A stretch of DNA of 64,000 bases from a bacterium (GTDB lineage Bacteria; SAR324; NAC60-12), in the NCBI GenBank assembly GCA_965205865.1, contig CBDBHR010000028.1, positions 128,001-192,000 on the forward strand, given 5' to 3'. Position numbers and translations under genes: made by a program. Shown piece after piece: positions 1 to 10,167 of the stretch. Numbering within the stretch: the first letter of the stretch is position 1; every line of letters starts with the position of its first letter. Under the pieces are notes generated by a model. It was not told the origin of the DNA. It did no database searches and saw only the letters and a program-made list of their open reading frames with translations.

Positions 1-1509
1 AAACGTCATGGTTTTCTCCTCTCGCTTCTGCAGGTCCCCCACCTGGTTGTGGCGGTCAATAAAATGGATCTGGTCGATTATTCCCAAGAGGTATATGAAG
101 CAATCGTACAGGACTACCTGGCATTTTCCGAGAAATTAGACATCCATGAAATCACCTTCATTCCGGTTTCCGCGCTCAAGGGAGACAATGTGGTCTCCAA
201 GAGTTTCCACACTCCCTGGTACGATGGAGAAACGCTGTTGCACCACCTGGAAAACGTCCATGTCACATTGGATAAAAATTTAATAGATTTTCGATTTCCC
301 GTGCAACTCGTCCTCCGTCCGGATTCGAAATTTCGGGGGTTTGCCGGAACAATTTCCTCTGGCACAATTCGGGCAGGAGAGGAAATTGCCGTGCTTCCTA
401 CCGGGAAAACTTCTAAAATCAAGGAAATTCTAACTTATGATGGAGTGCTTGAAGAAGCCCGTAATGGACAAGCCGTGGTGTTGCAGCTTGAAGATGAAAT
501 TGATATCAGCCGGGGCGACATGTTTGTACGTCCCCAGAATCTGCCTCATGTGAACAACCACTTCGATACCCACCTTTGCTGGATGGAGGAGCAACCGCTT
601 TCCCTCACCAATCATTACCTTCTCAAAAACGGCACAAGAATGGTGAAGGCTTATATTTCTCGTATTCACTATACCGTGGACGTCAACACGCTTCATCGAC
701 AAGAAGGGGTGTCGACCTTTCAATTGAATGAAATTGGCAGGGTGGAAATCCAAACAATCCAACCTCTTTTTTTTGACACATACCGGAAAAATCGTGCAAC
801 CGGAAACTTTATTTTGATTGATACCGAAAGCAACCGAACGGTTGCGGCAGGGATGATTCGGGGATTGGTTACGTCTATTGACGATATTGTACAACCTGCC
901 AAGACTCAAATATCTTCTAATGTGGTTTGGCAGGAAGCCAGCGTTGACCTGGAACATTATATTGGTAGAAACGAACACAAACCTGCAATTTTGTGGTTCA
1001 CGGGTTTGCCTGGCTCCGGCAAATCTACTGTTGCGCGCGCTTTGGTGAAATGGTTGTTTGAGCGGCATTGCGCTGTCGTCATGCTCGACGGTGACAACGT
1101 GCGACACGGGCTCTGTGGAGATCTTGGCTTTTCCATAGAGGAACGTAGTGAAAACATCAGGCGTGTCGGGGAAGTGGCAAAGCTTTTTTATCAAACCGGG
1201 CATGTTGTGGTTTGTACCTTCATCTCTCCGCTCATTGAAGATCGGCAACTGGTACGCTCCATGTTGGATGATCAAGGTTTTTACGAAATCTATGTCAAAT
1301 GCGATCTGGATGTTTGTATCCGTCGTGATCCTAAAGGACTCTATGCCCAGGCTCTTGCAGGAAAAATTTCTGATTTTACCGGAATTTCGTCTCCTTACGA
1401 AATACCTGCATCAGCAGAAATCGTAATTGAAACCGAGGTTCAATCAGTTGAGCAATGCGTGGAAAGGATCTTTGACCAAATTCAAGATATATTTCTAAGC
1501 AGAAATTAA
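1..1509 (+). CDS. cysNC: Bifunctional sulfate adenylyltransferase subunit 1 / adenylylsulfate kinase, 5'-truncated by window edge
   Basis: Open frame from base 1 (RHGFLLSLL..VAVNKMD); CysN GTPase motifs NKMD and PVSALKGDNV; C-terminal APS kinase WFTGLPGSGKST, LDGDNVRHGL, RDPKGLY. Confidence 0.95.
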   Translation, partial: KRHGFLLSLLQVPHLVVAVNKMDLVDYSQEVYEAIVQDYLAFSEKLDIHEITFIPVSALKGDNVVSKSFHTPWYDGETLLHHLENVHVTLDKNLIDFRFPVQLVLRPDSKFRGFAGTISSGTIRAGEEIAVLPTGKTSKIKEILTYDGVLEEARNGQAVVLQLEDEIDISRGDMFVRPQNLPHVNNHFDTHLCWMEEQPLSLTNHYLLKNGTRMVKAYISRIHYTVDVNTLHRQEGVSTFQLNEIGRVEIQTIQPLFFDTYRKNRATGNFILIDTESNRTVAAGMIRGLVTSIDDIVQPAKTQISSNVVWQEASVDLEHYIGRNEHKPAILWFTGLPGSGKSTVARALVKWLFERHCAVVMLDGDNVRHGLCGDLGFSIEERSENIRRVGEVAKLFYQTGHVVVCTFISPLIEDRQLVRSMLDDQGFYEIYVKCDLDVCIRRDPKGLYAQALAGKISDFTGISSPYEIPASAEIVIETEVQSVEQCVERIFDQIQDIFLSRN

Positions 1510-1592
1510 TCCACCTTTTTTCGCGGCTTTCACGGTTAGCTGACATGAGTGGTAAGAGAGCCGGCTTTTTGGAATATTTATCGGAATAAAAA

Positions 1593-2729
1593 ATGCGTCT
1601 TTCCCATTTGGAAACTCCCTGTTTGATCTTGGAAAAAGGCAAACTTCAGCAGAATATCACTACAATGCGACTACATTTGAAGAAGTTGAATGTGGGATTG
1701 CGGCCTCACGTCAAGACTGCCAAATGCATGGAAGTCATTCGTTTAACGCTGGAGGGGCAACCGGGGGGCATTACGGTTTCGACTTTGAAAGAAGCAGAGT
1801 ATTTTTTTGAAAGAGGCATCACCGACATTCTGTATGCGGTCGGTATTGCTCCGGTCAAACTGGAACGGGTCGCAGAACTAAGAAAAAAAGGGGCGGAACT
1901 CACGATATTGCTAGATACGCCCGATCAGGTGAAAGCAGTGGCAGCCAGAGGTGAGGAATGGGGGATGATTTTTCCCGCATTAATTGAGATTGACTGCGAT
2001 GGGCATCGATCTGGCGTCCAGCCGGATGATCGCGCTTTATTGATTGAAATCGGACAGCTCCTGCATAATCATCAATACACGGAACTGCGGGGCGTGATGA
2101 CCCATGCGGGAGAATCTTACAACTGTTATACCTTGGATGCTCTCGAACGCATTGCGACGCGAGAACGCAATGTCATTTTAAGCTGTGCTCAGATATTGCG
2201 GGAAGCAGGTTTGCCCTGCCCGGTGACCAGTGTGGGTTCCACTCCCACTGCCTTTTTTTCCAAGGATTTCAGTGGAATTTCCGAAGTCCGCGCCGGGGTG
2301 TACATGTTTCATGATCTTACTATGGTAGGCTTGCAGACGTGCCGGATCGAGGACATTGCCATTTCAGTCCTGGCATCGGTCATCGGAACTCAAAAAGAAA
2401 AAGGATGGATCATCACCGATGCCGGTTGGATGGCTTTATCCCGGGATGTGAGCACCGCCAGTCAACCTGTTGATCAGGGATATGGACTGGTGTGCGGAAT
2501 CGATGGCCGAGTCTCTGAAGATTTGATAGTAGCAGAAACCAATCAAGAGCATGGCATTCTGGCAAACCGATTCAACAATCCTTTGGACTATGAGCAATTT
2601 CCCATCGGGACCCCCCTTCGCATTTTGCCCAACCATGCTTGCGCCACTGCCAGCATGCATGACCGCTATCACCTTGTGGATGGCACCACAGAAGTTTTCG
2701 AGGTCTGGCACCGCTTCAATGGATGGTAA
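1593..2729 (+). CDS. Fold-type III PLP enzyme, DSD1/D-threonine aldolase/D-serine dehydratase family
   Basis: LRPHVKTAK (PLP lysine), GHRSG, GSTPT, EVRAGVY, NQEHG, PNHAC motifs. Confidence 0.85.
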   Translation: MRLSHLETPCLILEKGKLQQNITTMRLHLKKLNVGLRPHVKTAKCMEVIRLTLEGQPGGITVSTLKEAEYFFERGITDILYAVGIAPVKLERVAELRKKGAELTILLDTPDQVKAVAARGEEWGMIFPALIEIDCDGHRSGVQPDDRALLIEIGQLLHNHQYTELRGVMTHAGESYNCYTLDALERIATRERNVILSCAQILREAGLPCPVTSVGSTPTAFFSKDFSGISEVRAGVYMFHDLTMVGLQTCRIEDIAISVLASVIGTQKEKGWIITDAGWMALSRDVSTASQPVDQGYGLVCGIDGRVSEDLIVAETNQEHGILANRFNNPLDYEQFPIGTPLRILPNHACATASMHDRYHLVDGTTEVFEVWHRFNGW

Positions 2730-2805
2730 ACACGGACTGTAAAGTCAAGAAACCACGGTGCTTATTTCCTCGTCTTCGCATAAATCAGGAAAAGAGGGAC
2801 GTCTC

Positions 2806-3894
2806 TCAAAAAATGGCTTTTTCTGAGCTTGTGTCAAAAACGTGCAATGCTTCGGTATTGAAGGTGACCTGCACGCCAGCACCCCTATCAGGCATGTCTT
2901 TTCCATCCACCTCGGCCATGATTTCATGACTGCCCATCTTCAGATCCAATAAGGCGATTGCGCCGAGCAATTCGGTCACTTCCACACTGGCATTAAAATT
3001 CCATTCGGCAGGAGTGTTCTCCTGGACCAGACCGACATCGTTGGGGCGAATACCGACAAACACCTGGCTATTGGGTCTCACTTGATGCCCTTCTTTTTCA
3101 GGAAGGGTGAATTTGAAGGAATCCGACTCCAAAACCAGACTGCCGTTTGCGCTTTGGACTTTCATGGGGATAAGATTCATGGCGGGACTGCCAATAAAAG
3201 TAGCGACAAAAATATTGTTCGGACTATTGAACACTTCTTTGGGAGAGCCAATTTGTTCAATATATCCGTCTCGCATGACCACAATCCGGTCTGCTAGCGT
3301 CATGGCTTCCACTTGGTCATGAGTCACATAAATCGTAGTGGTTTTCAATTGTTGGTGAAGCTTTTGAATCTCCAGACGCATTTGGGTACGAAGTTTAGCA
3401 TCGAGGTTGGAGAGAGGTTCATCGAAAAGAAAGACTTCCGGGGTGCGGACCATGGCGCGACCCATAGCAACTCGTTGCCGTTGTCCTCCGGACAAAGCAG
3501 CGGGACGCCGTGCGAGGAGTTGTCCTAATTCCAAAATGTTGGCCACTTCGTCCACTTTCCTTTTGATTTCCGCTTTTGGCATTCTTTGCAGTTTGAGGCC
3601 AAAAGCCATGTTTTGTTCCACCGTCATGTGAGGATAGAGGGCATAATTTTGGAAAACCATGGCAATTTTACGATCTTTGGGAGCCACGTCATTGACCACT
3701 CGTTCTCCAATCTTGATTTCTCCGGCAGTGATATCTTCCAAGCCTGCTACCATACGCAGGGTGGTGGATTTTCCACAACCGGAAGGGCCGAGTAAGACCA
3801 TAAATTCGTCGTTTTTGATATCCAGGTCAATGCCGTGAACGACTTCCAAGTCCCCAAAACTTTTTACAACTTTATTCAAATTCACTGTTGCCAT
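2806..3894 (-). CDS. Carbohydrate ABC transporter ATP-binding protein (MalK/UgpC family)
   Basis: GPSGCGKST, VFQNYALYPHM, LSGGQRQR, DEPLSNLDAKLR, C-terminal TOBE-like region. Confidence 0.95.
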   Translation of the reverse strand: MATVNLNKVVKSFGDLEVVHGIDLDIKNDEFMVLLGPSGCGKSTTLRMVAGLEDITAGEIKIGERVVNDVAPKDRKIAMVFQNYALYPHMTVEQNMAFGLKLQRMPKAEIKRKVDEVANILELGQLLARRPAALSGGQRQRVAMGRAMVRTPEVFLFDEPLSNLDAKLRTQMRLEIQKLHQQLKTTTIYVTHDQVEAMTLADRIVVMRDGYIEQIGSPKEVFNSPNNIFVATFIGSPAMNLIPMKVQSANGSLVLESDSFKFTLPEKEGHQVRPNSQVFVGIRPNDVGLVQENTPAEWNFNASVEVTELLGAIALLDLKMGSHEIMAEVDGKDMPDRGAGVQVTFNTEALHVFDTSSEKAIF

Positions 3895-3979
3895 GTTTCT
3901 TCTCCAAAAAATAGTTTTTCAAATTCATAGAGATTCTTCTCTATCAGAACACCAGAAATGATTGCTTCCACGTCACTTT

Positions 3980-4000
3980 GAGTATTGAAATTTCAAACTC
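3980..4000. promoter_or_regulatory. Palindromic candidate operator upstream of the ABC ATPase gene
   Basis: GAGTATTGAAATTTCAAACTC with perfect 12-bp core TTGAAATTTCAA (3985-3996); a GntR/FadR-like TTGTATACCA also lies at 4068-4077. Confidence 0.3.
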
Positions 4001-4198
4001 TTCAAGTCCTGCGCTATTAAAAATTAATCAGGATTCCCAACGCTTTGGGTTGTCAATAAAGGTTTTGTTGTATACCACGATTTTATCATATACACAAAAA
4101 ATGCTGTAATGTCATCCCTTCAAATCAATAAATTTTACGCCTCTCTTCATAAAATTTGAATTATAATATAAAAGTGGACCGGATTGTCCATACCTTCT

Positions 4199-6898
4199 TC
4201 ATAAAGATATTCCTCGCATTCCCCGGCTGAGTTGATAGATATGGTTGTCGCGGGAATTGTTTTTAGGCATATATTCCCGCGACAGAACCGATATCAACAT
4301 GTCGAGCAGTTGCATACTCCCCCGCTGGAAGTCCTGGGGCAAAATTAAGTCGAAGTCTTCCTGAAAAGGATTGTGGCGGCTACCTGACCAAGTAGCTTGC
4401 ACCACGGGGATCATCGGATGAGAACCAATTGGGCGATTTTTCAAAAAAGTAAAAATAATCTGTGTACCGCTTCCACCAATGCCTGTCAAGGTTTCTTCAA
4501 TGGTAGCGGCTGCGGAAGCCATCACATGAAAGCCGGGTGTTCGCAACTGTTGGCCATACGCCAGGGTGGGTTGAGGGGATTCTACTAGAATTGACTGTCT
4601 GGCAGGTTTCGACAACAATGAAGAATCTTCTGGGACAACGACAGAGAGCCCACCATCCAACAACTTCTGGCAAAATAAGATCAGTGCGCACTGCAGAAAT
4701 TCTGGCAGTGGGCCTCGTGTGAGGAGACCCACTCGGGTGCCCTTGGCGTCCACCGTTTCAAGGCGGCTCTCGGAAAGATCAGGTTGGGATTGACACCAAG
4801 AGACGGCCTTTTCTAAAACACTGTCGATCCCTCCATCGAGTTGAATACTGAACCATCCTATCTTTTCCGCATCACCTCCTAGTTTTTCCAATTCCTGGCG
4901 CATGTATGCATTATGAGTTTTTTCGCAGCCATGCTCCAGGGAGACGGCAAGCGCAACATTTGGATGCAAAAGATGACTCAGGTTGGTGCGCACAAAAGTC
5001 TCCAAATTGGTTCCTCCGGAAAATCCGCATCCTTCCGTATGCGGTAGGGCTACGAATCGTGATATTCGCAGATGACGAGCGATTCCTTGACGATTGAGTC
5101 GATCTGCCAGAATTTTTGCGATTTCTCCCGCACACAAACTGGTGGGCAAGACCAGTCCCACCCGGTCCGCTTGATAGCCCTTCTTGCTGTGAATCGCCCG
5201 GTAACGAATCGGTGTGTCATGGATTTGATAACTCAACGGCAAAGGGTTTCCTGGCAACAGATCTTCTGATTGCAGAGAGAGAAGATCCATGGAGTCGTCA
5301 AGATACCAATTGCGCCAAAGATTTACTTGAGAATGCCCGGCCTTTTCTCCTGCGGATTTTTCTCCGGACAATACGTTTAAGGTCAACTCCAAGGTTTGCT
5401 TACCCAATGAATCGAGGGATTCTCCTTCCAAGTATCGTCCGGCATTGATATCAATGTCCCCGTGGAGCAAGTCAAAACGTTCCGTGGTAGTCATGATTTT
5501 CAAACTCGGCACAAAGGGGAAATTAGTAATGGCGCCATTGCCTGTGACAAAATAAATGAGATTAGCACCGCTGGCTACTTGACCGGCAATGCTCTCGGGA
5601 TCATTGCCGGGGCTGTCCATGAAGTAGAATCCCGGTTCTGTCATGGGCTCTGCATATTCGATCACGTGGTCGAGTCGTACGTCCGGATGCCGTTTTCGCG
5701 CGGCACCAATAGATTTGATGGCAATATTGTACAAACCCCGAAATAAATTTCCGCCGGAAGGATTGCCTTCTGCCGAATGCCCATGCCGATGAGTCCAGGT
5801 CTTGAATCGCTCAGACATAGCAAGGAATTTTTCTGCAACTTCCCGATTCCTCACGTTTTTCAAAACGTACGCTTCCGATCCGATCAATTCATCGGTCTCG
5901 GCCAGGTTTGCGGCGCCGCCATGGCGGATGATTTCTCTCCCCATCCAGGAAGCCAAAGGATTTCCTGATACCCCTGAAAAGGCATCAGAGCCCCCACATT
6001 GCAGAGCTATTTTCACCTTACTGAGTGATTGGGGGGTGCGTTGAAATCGATTTACTCGAGGCAGCCATTGGTCGATCACATCCTTGGCAAGGGATTGTGC
6101 TTCATCATAAGAAGTATCGATTCTAAAAAATTGATGGAGGACTTCGTCTATGGGATAGTGATGCTCTCCTAAATATTCTTTCAAGGTCTGGTTGTTGATG
6201 ACTTCATCCCCAAAATCGACGCTCAATACGGCTCCCACATTGGAATGGATAAAAAAACCACTCAGTGTACGGAGTAACAGAGCCTTGTTGTTGGGAGATT
6301 CTTCAGTTGCGCCTTCGGTATGAGCAACAGGAACCACTCCATCAACATTGGGATAACGGTTAAACAGCCGAGTTGCCGCAACTGCGTTGAAAGACGCGGC
6401 GAGATTGCGAACAAAACCTGCCGTACGCGCACTTGTACCTAAAACGATAATATAATTGCGGGTTCCTATTCCGCGAAGACCTCGGTCAAATCCCGCAAAA
6501 AACTTTTGCTCCGGGGAGAGCAACACTTGCTCTCCTATTTTCAAATCCTTATCCAAGTTGACAGGACGGATGTAATTCTCAAAATTAGGAGATGATGGGA
6601 ACTGGGAGGCCATGGAACGTTTTGCAAACTCTTCCAGCACCATGGTGTTGCACAAATAATCTCCCGGATGAATGGTCGAAAGCGCCCTCCCAAAAGGTTG
6701 TCCCCAGGAATAAATGAATTCACCTTCCAAAATCGTTTTCACTGCAAAACGATGCGCCAGAGGAGTGGAATTGGAAATTACAATTTCTGATTCTTGATAT
6801 TTGACGATAGTGCCTGCTTCGATTGCTCTTACTGCAATGGCGGAATTGTCGTCGGCATCAGGAAGTCTTGCAATGTTTTCAAAAAGTTCTGTAATCAT
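4199..6898 (-). CDS. UxaA/GarD-family dehydratase (SAF domain plus tandemly duplicated dehydratase domain)
   Basis: N-terminal SAF-like region, GTRNYI, LQCGGSDAFSG, GNPSGGN, MDSPGND; second repeat PTSLC..HTEGCG..HPNV..HGCE. Confidence 0.85.
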   Translation of the reverse strand: MITELFENIARLPDADDNSAIAVRAIEAGTIVKYQESEIVISNSTPLAHRFAVKTILEGEFIYSWGQPFGRALSTIHPGDYLCNTMVLEEFAKRSMASQFPSSPNFENYIRPVNLDKDLKIGEQVLLSPEQKFFAGFDRGLRGIGTRNYIIVLGTSARTAGFVRNLAASFNAVAATRLFNRYPNVDGVVPVAHTEGATEESPNNKALLLRTLSGFFIHSNVGAVLSVDFGDEVINNQTLKEYLGEHHYPIDEVLHQFFRIDTSYDEAQSLAKDVIDQWLPRVNRFQRTPQSLSKVKIALQCGGSDAFSGVSGNPLASWMGREIIRHGGAANLAETDELIGSEAYVLKNVRNREVAEKFLAMSERFKTWTHRHGHSAEGNPSGGNLFRGLYNIAIKSIGAARKRHPDVRLDHVIEYAEPMTEPGFYFMDSPGNDPESIAGQVASGANLIYFVTGNGAITNFPFVPSLKIMTTTERFDLLHGDIDINAGRYLEGESLDSLGKQTLELTLNVLSGEKSAGEKAGHSQVNLWRNWYLDDSMDLLSLQSEDLLPGNPLPLSYQIHDTPIRYRAIHSKKGYQADRVGLVLPTSLCAGEIAKILADRLNRQGIARHLRISRFVALPHTEGCGFSGGTNLETFVRTNLSHLLHPNVALAVSLEHGCEKTHNAYMRQELEKLGGDAEKIGWFSIQLDGGIDSVLEKAVSWCQSQPDLSESRLETVDAKGTRVGLLTRGPLPEFLQCALILFCQKLLDGGLSVVVPEDSSLLSKPARQSILVESPQPTLAYGQQLRTPGFHVMASAAATIEETLTGIGGSGTQIIFTFLKNRPIGSHPMIPVVQATWSGSRHNPFQEDFDLILPQDFQRGSMQLLDMLISVLSREYMPKNNSRDNHIYQLSRGMRGISL

Positions 6899-7171
6899 GT
6901 CATTGCTCTCAACGAACGGATTGGTAAGAAGAACTAAGGTGCTGGTTCACTTGTATGTCAAATTCACTTGAAAACCTCAATTGAGATGCGGGAAAGGTAC
7001 GCAATCGGTTCCGTCATCTCTCTTTCACGGGCTATTTCTGAAACTTCCATGAAGCATCAAGGGAAATAGTATATATAGAATCCCAAAGCAACTGCCAGGA
7101 AAATAAGGAGCAGCAATTTGAAAATCACATGCCGTGCCGCACGATCTTTCATAAGTTCTCAATTTTATCAT

Positions 7172-8338
7172 TCATACAAAAGCACTGATCCCAGTGATGT
7201 GTTTGCCTAGTACCAAGGTGTGGATATTGTCGGTGCCTTCGTACGTGAATGTGGATTCCAGATTCATCATATGCCGGATGACCGGATATTCCAGGCTGAT
7301 GCCGTTGGCGCCCAGCAGATTTCTGGCTATTCTGGCAATATTCAAAGCCTCTTTGCAGGCATTCTTTTTGGCCAGAGAGGTCATCACGAAAGAGTCCTTT
7401 CCTTCATCCTTGAGTTGCCCCAAGCGCAAATTGACCAACTGCGCTTTGACAATTTCGGTTAACATGGCCGCCAGATCTTTTTGAATCAATTGGAAGGAAG
7501 CTAAAGGTTTACCAAATTGGTTTCGCTCCGTCGTATAGCGTACAGCCATTTCATAGCAGTCGATCGCAGCCCCCACCGCCCCCCAAGCCACTCCATATCT
7601 GGCTTGATTGAGACAACTGAGTGGGGCTTTCAATCCCTGAGCATGGGGTAGGAGGTTCTCATCCGGAACGAAGCAGTCGTCCATCACCAATTCACCCGTT
7701 GCAGAAGCTCGCAGTGACATTTTCTTTTTAATTTCGAGCCGCTTGAATCCCTTGAATTCTTTTTCGAGGAGGAATCCCCGAATTCCTTTATCAGTTTTTG
7801 CCCAAACCAACGCTAAGTCTGCAAAGGGACCATTGGTGATCCACATTTTAGTCCCATTGATAATCCATCCACCTGCCGTCTTTTTGGCAAAGGTGCGCAT
7901 ACTGCCTGGATCCGAGCCCGAATCCGGTTCAGTCAATCCCATACATGCCACCCACTCTCCACTCGCCAACTTCGGGAGATATTTCATTTTTTGTTCTTCA
8001 CTACCATAGGTGAAAATTGGAAACATGCACAAGGAACTCTGTACGGATACAAAACTTCGCAATCCTGAATCTCCCCGTTCCAATTCCTGATTCACAATGC
8101 CATAACTCACATAACTGCTCCCATTGCCTCCATATTTTTCCGGGAAAGTGACGCCCAATAGGCCCAACTCTCCGATCTTGGGAATCAATTCTACCGGAAA
8201 AAATCCGGCATCATAAGCTTCTGCTACGAGAGGTTTGAATTCTTTGTCGACAAATGCCTGTGTCGTCTCCCTCATCATTTTTGCTTCCTCGGACAAGCAG
8301 TCATCCAATCGAAATAAATCTTCCATATTTTCTCTCAT
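7172..8338 (-). CDS. gcdH: Glutaryl-CoA dehydrogenase-like acyl-CoA dehydrogenase
   Basis: ELERGDSGLRSFVSVQSSL, GLTEPDSGSDP, LNQARYGVAWG, TYEGT motifs. Confidence 0.85.
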   Translation of the reverse strand: MRENMEDLFRLDDCLSEEAKMMRETTQAFVDKEFKPLVAEAYDAGFFPVELIPKIGELGLLGVTFPEKYGGNGSSYVSYGIVNQELERGDSGLRSFVSVQSSLCMFPIFTYGSEEQKMKYLPKLASGEWVACMGLTEPDSGSDPGSMRTFAKKTAGGWIINGTKMWITNGPFADLALVWAKTDKGIRGFLLEKEFKGFKRLEIKKKMSLRASATGELVMDDCFVPDENLLPHAQGLKAPLSCLNQARYGVAWGAVGAAIDCYEMAVRYTTERNQFGKPLASFQLIQKDLAAMLTEIVKAQLVNLRLGQLKDEGKDSFVMTSLAKKNACKEALNIARIARNLLGANGISLEYPVIRHMMNLESTFTYEGTDNIHTLVLGKHITGISAFV

Positions 8339-8606
8339 TTAGTGGTGTGGAAATCATCTTGAAGTGTTTGAAGCAGGGAGTGCTAAAAAATAGAAATCCC
8401 GGATAGAATGCAATTGCTACCAAGTAGAAAGGGAGAGGCCAATTATTTCTCCCAAGGAAATATGATGATCGGCATTGCATTAATCTCAAAAAAAATATAT
8501 ACAACTCATAATTGTTTTCCGCAAGGCTTCATAAACAACCAGAACACCAAGGCTCATGGATCATACTCAGAATCCTGAGATCAACCCAAGCAAGTAAAGA
8601 AGTGTA

Positions 8607-10130
8607 ATGAATGTAAGAGAACATACTCTATACGAACGAATTGTGGAAAATGCAAGATTGCATGGAAACAAGCCAGCCTTCACTTTCAAGGACCAATCCC
8701 TGTCTTTCAGCGAATATTTAAAGCAAGTCAATCAACTCTCTCACGGGTTGACGACGGCTGGTCTGAAACGAGGAGATCGTCTGGCAGTTTTGATGGACAA
8801 CAACTTGGAATATCCCTTGATATATGGCGCGTGCGCCCAAACCGGTATCATTGCTGTCGGCCTCAACATTCGCGCTTCTGCAGAAGAAATGAAATTGTTT
8901 CTGAAAAATATCGGGCCAAAGATGCTGTTCTTTGAGAAAAAATATGAAGAAGCGGCTGGAATGTTGCAGAATTATTTATCCATGAATCACCTGGTTTCTG
9001 CCGATCCAACAGCTCTCGACGCGACTCTTTTTAAGGATTTTATTGATACCATCACTTTCTCGAATCTGCCATCTCAAAAGGGAAAAGACGCGCCAGGTCA
9101 GGAGGACGGGTATATGATTATCCCAACCGCGGCAGTGGATGGGATTCCCAAGGGAGCCCTCTTGAGTCAGAGGAATATTTTGATATCCAACATGTTGAGC
9201 ATCAGCGAATATGGTAAAGAAAACATTGAGTGTTACCTGGCACTCTTGCCTTTATTTCACGTGGCAGGATTGACGGGAACTTGGGCTACTTTCCATGTGG
9301 GAGGGCATACGGTGCTCATGGAAAAATTTGAACCCACACAGGTAGTGGATCTTGTTGAAGAGCACCAACTCACCTATTTCGGATCTTTCCCACCAATTTT
9401 GGAAAATGTCCTCAATGCCGCCAAAGCCAAAGGAAGCCGGCTGCCAAGTTTGAAAATGGTGACCGGATTGGAATTTGGACCCGCGATCATCGAGAGGCTG
9501 TACGAAGAAACCCAAGCCGAATTCTGGGTGGGATTTGGTCAAACCGAAACCAGCGGATTTGTCTCTACTTGTCCCTTCAAAGAGCATCCGGGTTCGGCAG
9601 GACGACCGAGTGTCTACAATTCGATTGCTATTGTCGATGAAGCCGGTCGGCCCGTTGCTCCTGGAGAAGAAGGAGAGATTGTGGTTCGTGGAGAAAACAT
9701 TTTTCTCGAATACTGGGGCGATGAGGACGCCACGCAGTATACCTTGCGCAATGGCTGGCACCATTGCGGAGATATCGGGAAAATGGACGAAGAGGGCTAT
9801 CTCTGGTATGTGAAACCCAAAGCGGAGAAGGAATTGATCAAAACTGGAGGAGAAAACGTCTATCCTGCAGAAGTGGAGTTGGTTTTATCGAAACATCCTG
9901 CTATCGAACGTTGTGCTGTAATAGGAACTCCCGACAAGAGATGGGGAATTGCGGTCAAGGCTGTTTGTCAGCTGAAAGCAGGTGCTACCCTCACTCTCGA
10001 GGAAGTTTCAGGATTTGTCGGCAGTCAAATTGCCGGTTACAAAAAACCACGATATGCTGAGTTTGTGGAAAATATACCTGAAAAAGATGGTAAAGTGGAC
10101 CGGGATAAAGTGAAAGAATTTTACGGATGA
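8607..10130 (+). CDS. AMP-forming acyl-CoA synthetase
   Basis: LPLFHVAG, GFGQTET, GEIVVRG, GDIG, GGENVYPAEVE, terminal GKVD. Confidence 0.9.
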   Translation: MNVREHTLYERIVENARLHGNKPAFTFKDQSLSFSEYLKQVNQLSHGLTTAGLKRGDRLAVLMDNNLEYPLIYGACAQTGIIAVGLNIRASAEEMKLFLKNIGPKMLFFEKKYEEAAGMLQNYLSMNHLVSADPTALDATLFKDFIDTITFSNLPSQKGKDAPGQEDGYMIIPTAAVDGIPKGALLSQRNILISNMLSISEYGKENIECYLALLPLFHVAGLTGTWATFHVGGHTVLMEKFEPTQVVDLVEEHQLTYFGSFPPILENVLNAAKAKGSRLPSLKMVTGLEFGPAIIERLYEETQAEFWVGFGQTETSGFVSTCPFKEHPGSAGRPSVYNSIAIVDEAGRPVAPGEEGEIVVRGENIFLEYWGDEDATQYTLRNGWHHCGDIGKMDEEGYLWYVKPKAEKELIKTGGENVYPAEVELVLSKHPAIERCAVIGTPDKRWGIAVKAVCQLKAGATLTLEEVSGFVGSQIAGYKKPRYAEFVENIPEKDGKVDRDKVKEFYG

Positions 10131-10167
10131 GTCCGGTCAACAGCTTCTTTAATCATAGGAATTGCTT

